Below are positions 58,112 to 64,000 of a stretch of 64,000 nt of DNA, piece by piece. The position numbers and the translations under genes are program-made. Numbering within the stretch: position 1 is the first letter of the stretch; each line of letters opens with the position of its first letter. Below the pieces are notes generated by a model that did no database searches, had not been told where the DNA came from, and saw only the letters and a list, made by a program, of their open reading frames with translations. This DNA is from Calditrichia bacterium (GTDB lineage Bacteria; Calditrichota; Calditrichia; RBG-13-44-9; J075): the NCBI GenBank assembly GCA_050633245.1, contig JBOEGD010000018.1, positions 32,001 to 96,000 of the forward strand, given 5' to 3'.

Positions 58112-61100
58112 CTAGGTGGTGGCGATACGCTTAATCACCATCATCGTAATATCATCATCTTGCTGTTGCATTTCATTGCCATGCTTTTTTATCCCTTCTA
58201 ATATGATATTTAATACATCGATCGGGTCTGCCGATGACTCGCAATTTTCTAATTCTCCAATCAATGTTCTGAAATAAGAGACACCATCTTCACTTTTAAT
58301 GCTGCGCAGCCCATCGGAATATAAAATCAAGAAGCTTCCTGCCTTAAGCTGCATCTCCTGAGTGAAAATATTCTTACCTCTACTAAGATTGCGGGTACTT
58401 AAACCGTTGCCAAGCGGACCGTTATTTTGACCTGCGACCTTCATAAATTCAATGGAACCATTAGTAAGTTTTATAGGAGGATAGCACCCCGCATTTAGCA
58501 GCTCTATTCTATCGGAGTCTTTGCTGAGCATGGTAAGAATTGTTGATACACGCTTGCCGTCCAGCTTCTGATAAAACAGCCGATCGACCTCAATCGCAAT
58601 TTGTTTCAGTGATGGCGGATGGTCACTGAAGATAACACCATTCAACAGTCCGTTTAGGAGAGTCGCAGGTAATGCGCCGGACATACGTTTTCCCTCTACG
58701 TCAGCAAGGGTGAGCAGATGATTTTTACCGTCATTTAAAACGATATAGTCGTAGTGATCACCACCAACATCTGCAGCAGGCGAAAAGTATCCGGCTACTG
58801 AAAATCCTTCCAGACCCGGATAGAGCTTCGGGATTAACGCGCGCTGTGCTTCTTCTGCACTCCTAATTTCCTTCTCTAAATACTCTTTTTGTGCTTTAGC
58901 AATTCCGTGGTTTCTTCCCAATATCGAAAACCCATACGCTGTGGCAACAGCTAAACTGGCGTAAAAAAGGTAGGCCCAAATACTTCGATACCAAGGCGGC
59001 AGAATGTGAAATTGATAGCTGCTGGTTTTGCTGATTTTGCCCAGAGCATTACGGGTGCGAACATCGAAATGATAAGTTGCTTCTTTCAGATATGTATAGT
59101 CCCGAAGAGGCTCACGTGTCCATTTAGACCAAGAGCCCATACCTGGCCTCAACTGGTATTGAAACTCGGGAAGCCCATTGTTAAAAAAACTGTTACTCGC
59201 TACTTCGAAGCGCAAGCTATTCTGCTCATAGTTGAAGGTTAGCACTGTATCAGGATGACTCGTAAAAATTTCACCAGACAGTGTATCACCATCAATTACG
59301 CTAAGTTGTCGCAGGCTCGTTAGGGGATGCGGATACTCAAAATGTGGTTGTGTAAGATCGTATATAAATACACCCGCTGTTGTTCCATACCAAACCGCGC
59401 CAGGTTGAGTGTAGAGGACATTCGTCTGAGGCATGCTTAGTGCCGGAAGCGGGCTATTAAGAATTGAGTAGTAACCGTTTTTATTATGTGTTGCAACATA
59501 GGCCTTTTTGTTTGCCGTAAACCATATTCGTCCATCACTTGCTTGTTTCAGGCGATAAATGGGAGCAGAAATCTCAGTTACTATCTCATTAAATCTTGAG
59601 GCCTCAATGAACAGGTTTTTTGGGGAATTATAGCGGAAGATACCCGTTTTGGTAATAAAGATCGGGGCATTGTCTACAGAGAAAATTCGCACTCGTTTAT
59701 CGGACTCAGGAACGGGAATGTCGTGGTGTTGAAGTATGCTCTCATCAGTTCTACGAAAGGATTGCTCTGATGATTGTTCAAACATCTTAATACTGGAAAG
59801 CCCGTCTGTTGAGCCTATCCAGAGCCTGCCGTCGTTATCTTCCTGAAGATGATGTATTTGGTCTCCGACAAGAGTAAGCGATTTGGGAACAACGGACTCA
59901 AGACCCTCAGTAAAATCAACGCTGTAAATAGAGTTGCCCCCGGCAATGTAAATTAGATCTTTGTCGATAGCTGAGGGTTCAAAAATGTATGCAGATTCGC
60001 CTGTAAGAGACTGAATAGGTGTGAATGGGGCTGCTTTGTCCTTCTTGAAAAATACACCCTTCGTGGTTGCTGCAAGCAAGTTTTGTCCGATGGTAATAAA
60101 ATCCCAGCTCGCCACATTAGAAAGTTCGGATTCTAATACCGGGTTTGACATAGAAATGTCCTCCGAGCGTAGAGAAAAAATTCCACGACTCGTTGCAATA
60201 TACATTCGGTTCTGATATGACTGTATTGCATTAGTAATACCATCATCTATTTTCAGAGTGCCGAATGGCAGGCTATATTGGATGCGGCTGATGCCGCCTT
60301 CTTGTGCAAGCCAAATACTCCCTTCGCGGTCTATATTTGCGTAGAGAGACTTATTGCTTAGTATTCCACTTTGCTTATCAAATACATGTTGAATATTGTC
60401 ATCACGATCTGAAACAATTAAGCCTGCTTCACGCGTTGCAAAGGCAAATGTAGAGTCATATAAAAGCGTACCCATTGATATAAAATGAGACTTTAAATAA
60501 TTGGAGACATTGGGCAGCGTTGGTGATACGTTGACTCCATTGTATAGAAAAGCGCCATGGCGCTGTGTTGTTAGTAAAAGAGTGTTTTGATTGTAAGGAA
60601 GAACAGAGCGGACTTCTTCACCATTCTGGAAGTTAATGCCTGGAAGCAGTTTTAGATGCGTATTGGTAAGCTCGATTAGCTGTTTTTTATCTCTCCGGAT
60701 ATAAATAGAATCGTTGACTCTAAAAGTCGGATACAACTGTATTCTCTTTTTGCCTTTTTGCCGGGAAGAGTCTGCAATCAAAGTTGTTAGTTCTTTGCCG
60801 TCCCAGCGAAGAATCGAATACAGCGGGTGAAAATACACCGTGTCGTTCAAAACGTATGTTCCATAGACCGTGCCAATGTCCGGTTGCTCTAGTAAGGACG
60901 TGTATGATAGCTGTCCTTTGGAATCTCGCTGCATATAACCGATTCTGCTGCTGCCTCCAATAAAGAGCCGACCATGACGATCTTCTGCAAAGGAATCAAC
61001 ATTATTACCGGGAACGACATGATATCGCCACTCCTGTCCATCATATTCCAGCAGCCCCTCATTGTTACCTACGTAAATCAAGCCATTCTTGCTTTGGAGA

Positions 61101-61297
61101 ACGCACCAGTTTTGTGGTCCGCGTTTGTAAGTATCCGTTGAAAAGTTCTCGATAAACTTATTGCTGCTATAAGAATTCAGAGTTCTCTTCAGTTCAGGGT
61201 GTTCAGGTTGAGCGAATACTACTCCGCAATAAACCAAAATAAAAATAAGGCTGCAGCGTGCTTTTCTATATGTTGGACGGGAATATGCAGCCATCAT
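58112..61297 (-). CDS. Periplasmic beta-propeller/Y_Y_Y sensor with cytoplasmic SpoIIE (PP2C) phosphatase
   Basis: QNWCVLQSKNGLIYVGN..GLLEYDG propeller; FQYQL...WSKW...YTYLKEATYHFDVR; ILPPWYRSIWAY TM; VGGDHYD, ADVEGK, LYSDGL, DDDITM. Confidence 0.88.
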   Translation of the reverse strand: MMAAYSRPTYRKARCSLIFILVYCGVVFAQPEHPELKRTLNSYSSNKFIENFSTDTYKRGPQNWCVLQSKNGLIYVGNNEGLLEYDGQEWRYHVVPGNNVDSFAEDRHGRLFIGGSSRIGYMQRDSKGQLSYTSLLEQPDIGTVYGTYVLNDTVYFHPLYSILRWDGKELTTLIADSSRQKGKKRIQLYPTFRVNDSIYIRRDKKQLIELTNTHLKLLPGINFQNGEEVRSVLPYNQNTLLLTTQRHGAFLYNGVNVSPTLPNVSNYLKSHFISMGTLLYDSTFAFATREAGLIVSDRDDNIQHVFDKQSGILSNKSLYANIDREGSIWLAQEGGISRIQYSLPFGTLKIDDGITNAIQSYQNRMYIATSRGIFSLRSEDISMSNPVLESELSNVASWDFITIGQNLLAATTKGVFFKKDKAAPFTPIQSLTGESAYIFEPSAIDKDLIYIAGGNSIYSVDFTEGLESVVPKSLTLVGDQIHHLQEDNDGRLWIGSTDGLSSIKMFEQSSEQSFRRTDESILQHHDIPVPESDKRVRIFSVDNAPIFITKTGIFRYNSPKNLFIEASRFNEIVTEISAPIYRLKQASDGRIWFTANKKAYVATHNKNGYYSILNSPLPALSMPQTNVLYTQPGAVWYGTTAGVFIYDLTQPHFEYPHPLTSLRQLSVIDGDTLSGEIFTSHPDTVLTFNYEQNSLRFEVASNSFFNNGLPEFQYQLRPGMGSWSKWTREPLRDYTYLKEATYHFDVRTRNALGKISKTSSYQFHILPPWYRSIWAYLFYASLAVATAYGFSILGRNHGIAKAQKEYLEKEIRSAEEAQRALIPKLYPGLEGFSVAGYFSPAADVGGDHYDYIVLNDGKNHLLTLADVEGKRMSGALPATLLNGLLNGVIFSDHPPSLKQIAIEVDRLFYQKLDGKRVSTILTMLSKDSDRIELLNAGCYPPIKLTNGSIEFMKVAGQNNGPLGNGLSTRNLSRGKNIFTQEMQLKAGSFLILYSDGLRSIKSEDGVSYFRTLIGELENCESSADPIDVLNIILEGIKKHGNEMQQQDDDITMMVIKRIATT

Positions 61298-61442
61298 AAT
61301 CAGGTTTTCAAATCTCTTTTTGAAGATTCTGCCGGGGGGTAAAAATACGCGTTTTGTTATGTTTACTCGACTTTATCAGCTTTCTTAAATTTACCACTTT
61401 GAAATTTAAGAACATACCTTTCTTTTAGGATTGACTTGTCAA

Positions 61443-61471
61443 TCTACAGGTTTCGTCAAGAAACCTGTAGA
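61443..61471 (-). terminator. Perfect 12-bp hairpin downstream of 61523-61894
   Basis: TCTACAGGTTTC-GTCAA-GAAACCTGTAGA. Confidence 0.5.
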
Positions 61472-61522
61472 AAGATCCGTAGTGAGTGCTTTCCAGAACA
61501 AAAGGGAAAAGCGGTTGGGCCA

Positions 61523-61894
61523 TTAGCTTGGCGGGTCATCCTTGATTTCGATTTCCCCCTCATTCGTTGAAGGATGGGCCGGTGTCATATCATCTGGAAT
61601 AAATGCGACATAAATTTTCCCCTCCAATTCTCCGCTATCGTCAGGAAGTGATATCGTAATCTGTCGCTTTGCCGGACTAAGAGTCGCTTCGACATAGATA
61701 AACTCACTAAAATCGGCGCTAACCTCCAGAACGTCATTCGCAATCCCACCTGTCGCGATGGGGTTTGTTCCTCCTTCACCCGGGCTAGCGCTCGGTGAGA
61801 TCTGGGACAGACTGCTGGTAGTACTGTCGAACTTGAAAACCTTCATACTACTGTTGGTTTGAGTTGAGACATTCTTGATTTTAATAATGTCCAT
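61523..61894 (-). CDS. Small acidic hypothetical protein
   Basis: AAAGGAG SD; 123 aa, beta-rich, no signal peptide, ends EGEIEIKDDPPS. Confidence 0.7.
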   Translation of the reverse strand: MDIIKIKNVSTQTNSSMKVFKFDSTTSSLSQISPSASPGEGGTNPIATGGIANDVLEVSADFSEFIYVEATLSPAKRQITISLPDDSGELEGKIYVAFIPDDMTPAHPSTNEGEIEIKDDPPS

Positions 61895-62056
61895 GTGGTC
61901 TCCTTTCCAATGATAGGATTAAGTAGATTAATTTTGGGGCGCAGTTTGACGTAGTTATGAGAAAGAACGATTGCAGTTTCTTGAAAATCCCCTGCGAATT
62001 TTAGGGGGAGTATGTTTGGCAGTGATATGTGATGGGTCTGAATGTGCAGGAATAAG

Positions 62057-62072
62057 GCAACTTAGGGGCCAA
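62057..62072 (-). promoter_or_regulatory. Sigma54 (-24/-12) promoter candidate for 61523-61894
   Basis: Minus strand TTGGCCCCTAAGTTGC (GG-N10-GC). Confidence 0.55.
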
Positions 62073-62396
62073 TGTATAGGATTTGCTCTATCTGTAATAT
62101 TGTCAGGTCTTTAAGAGTTGCGGTCCTGCACTATCGTTTTTGTTGAAAAATTTGCATTTTCAGAACAAAAAAATCCCAAAATTGCAATTAGCAAATAGTC
62201 TACAAGGATGTCGCTCTTTGCTGACGAGTTGGCTGGGTTAAAAAAGAAAGCTGCATGAAGGAATTGGCAGAGATAAGTAATGAATTGGGCAGGCTATCGC
62301 TTGTTGGTGAGCGAAGAAGGTAGTGTACTTATTTTCTCAACGCTTGCTCAGTGAAATGGAAACGCTATATTTTTATATATCTACAGAGAAAGCATC

Positions 62397-64000
62397 GTGA
62401 AATATTTTTTTGTTACGGCCCTTTTATCATTCATTTTTGTCCCTTGCCTAACCGCTTTTGAGCTGCATTTTAAGAACTATGCTGCCGAAGATGGTTTACC
62501 GAGTACACAGGTACAATGCATTATTCAGGATACCCGGGGATTTATTTGGCTTGGTACGGCAAATGGATTAATACGCTTTGATGGAAATCGCTTTATGCCG
62601 TTTGCGCAGAGGCAAGAAGATCCAAATAATTTAAACGGTTCTTTTATTAATGCATTGCAGGAAGGGATTTTTAGAGGCCAACCGGTTTTATGGATTGGAA
62701 CGGAATCCGCTGGCTTAAGTGCATTGAACCTGCAAACGGAAACCATTCAACGTTGGCAGCATCAGTCTGTTTTGGAAACGTCGCTTGGCAGCAACTGGAT
62801 TCTATCTGTTCTGCAAGCTGATAGCGCCGGTCTTTGGTTGGGTACCAGCGGCAAGGGACTAAACTATTTTGATTTTTCCAGTGAGGCTTTTCGTCGATAT
62901 GACGATTCAGCTGCTCCAACAATAATTCACGATATAATAACAGCCCCTTCAGGCCGCAATCAGGTTTGGCTCGCAACGAAGGATGGATTATTTGCGCTTG
63001 ATTTAACGACTGATCAAATTACTATTAACTCGACTGTTGCTGAGGCTTTGGCACCTGTTAAAACCCAACGTATCGAAGATCTTTACTTTGATGCTGAAGG
63101 CTTGCTATGGATGGCTGCATATGGATCGCGGATACTACGCTATAATCCGCGTTTGGGCGAACTGAAGGTATGGGCTGGTGATCCTCAGGATCCGTCCGGA
63201 GATCATCTGTTCGAAGCTATTTCTATTCATTCCGTAGACGGTAAACAATTTTGGCTGGGAACTCTGAGCGATGGCCTAAAGGAATTCTCTCCACAATCCG
63301 GTCAATTCACTACATATCGTCACCAGGCAAAGCTTCTTGAAAGCCTGCCAAGTAATTCTGTGCGGCCAACTCTCATTGATAACAGCAATCAACTTTGGAT
63401 TGGAACGGCAGTAGGGCTTTCGCGGGCAACCTTACAGAAAAGTCCCTTTGAAATCTACAAACATGATCCGCATGACAAACAGTCTTTGGATAATAATTAT
63501 GTATGGTCGGTATTTGAAGATCGCGATGGCGAACTCTGGGTTGGCTCCAGCTCCGGTTTGAATCGACTCCTTGGTGACAGTAGTGGCTTTCAGTCGTTTA
63601 AACTGCATCGTGAGGAAAATCCAACAGGATTTATTGCAAACGCTGTTCTTTGCATTATGGAAGACAAAGCAGATGATCTTTGGATTGGAACATTTGGCAA
63701 AGGCCTGGTGCAATTCGACAAGGAACAACACACTTTTCGTTCCTATAAGCTTTCTGATCTGGAGCCAGGTAATCCGAATCTGAACATGATATACGACATT
63801 GTTGAAGACCCGATAACATCCGAGCTTTGGATTGCTACCGAAGGTGGTTTGCGTATATTCGACCCGGTAAATCGAAGCCTGAGGAAACCACCAAAGGGTC
63901 AGCAAAAAGCCAATATAAAGTTCGATGGCCACATTCACGCATTGCACCGTGATGCTTTCGGGCGAACTTGGATTGGTACGCTAGCCGCCGGTTTATATTG
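62397..64000 (+). CDS. Two-component regulator beta-propeller sensor protein, 3'-truncated by window edge (not in ORF track)
   Basis: GTG 62397: MKYFFVTALLSFIFVPCLTAFELHFKNYAAEDGLPSTQVQCIIQDTRGFIWLGTANGLIRFDG; repeated D..G.LW[IV]GT..GL units to the window end. Confidence 0.82.
   Translation, partial: MKYFFVTALLSFIFVPCLTAFELHFKNYAAEDGLPSTQVQCIIQDTRGFIWLGTANGLIRFDGNRFMPFAQRQEDPNNLNGSFINALQEGIFRGQPVLWIGTESAGLSALNLQTETIQRWQHQSVLETSLGSNWILSVLQADSAGLWLGTSGKGLNYFDFSSEAFRRYDDSAAPTIIHDIITAPSGRNQVWLATKDGLFALDLTTDQITINSTVAEALAPVKTQRIEDLYFDAEGLLWMAAYGSRILRYNPRLGELKVWAGDPQDPSGDHLFEAISIHSVDGKQFWLGTLSDGLKEFSPQSGQFTTYRHQAKLLESLPSNSVRPTLIDNSNQLWIGTAVGLSRATLQKSPFEIYKHDPHDKQSLDNNYVWSVFEDRDGELWVGSSSGLNRLLGDSSGFQSFKLHREENPTGFIANAVLCIMEDKADDLWIGTFGKGLVQFDKEQHTFRSYKLSDLEPGNPNLNMIYDIVEDPITSELWIATEGGLRIFDPVNRSLRKPPKGQQKANIKFDGHIHALHRDAFGRTWIGTLAAGLY

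Noticed and set aside
62525-63947. Minus-strand ORFs at the window end
   Set aside because: Antisense to the open plus-strand propeller CDS starting at 62397.
1-64000. DGR template repeat and reverse transcriptase; CRISPR array; transposase or integrase; rRNA
   Set aside because: No non-coding AAC-rich copy of the VR, no RT motif, no regularly spaced repeats and no recognisable mobile-element ORF were found by eye.

Overview
Bacterial window, probably from the FCB group (KSB1/Calditrichota-like). This taxonomy is inferred only from a YPNPFNP-type C-terminal sorting tail and the many propeller/Y_Y_Y sensors. Bases 1-9.3 kb hold ordinary genes: a secreted PKD/CBM6/PA14 protein, an APC permease-EIIA fusion and a SNF2 helicase. 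The rest is a mosaic island of surface, signalling and conflict genes: (i) BACON/PKD lipoproteins; (ii) a CHAT-iSTAND / MoxR / membrane vWA-FGE ternary system; (iii) two FGE (C-type-lectin fold) genes sharing a 104-nt segment whose mismatch pattern looks like diversity-generating-retroelement variable regions, with no TR or RT in the window; (iv) a multi-GAF kinase / receiver / CHAT-HATPase operon; (v) a caspase-lipase facing an ECF sigma / ZAS / TM-TPR / small peptide / TPR-CHAT operon; (vi) a NACHT-FGE protein; (vii) a YcaO-TfuA pair with an unannotated 52-aa candidate precursor peptide; (viii) a sigma54 activator fused to an RsbW-like kinase, next to STAS and SpoIIE partners and candidate sigma54 promoters. 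Three intergenic hairpins carry the same CUGGGGAGU loop, and the complementary ACUCCCC motif lies in several gene leaders. No rRNA, tRNA, CRISPR array, integrase or transposase was recognised. All domain calls come from motif recognition by eye, not database searches.
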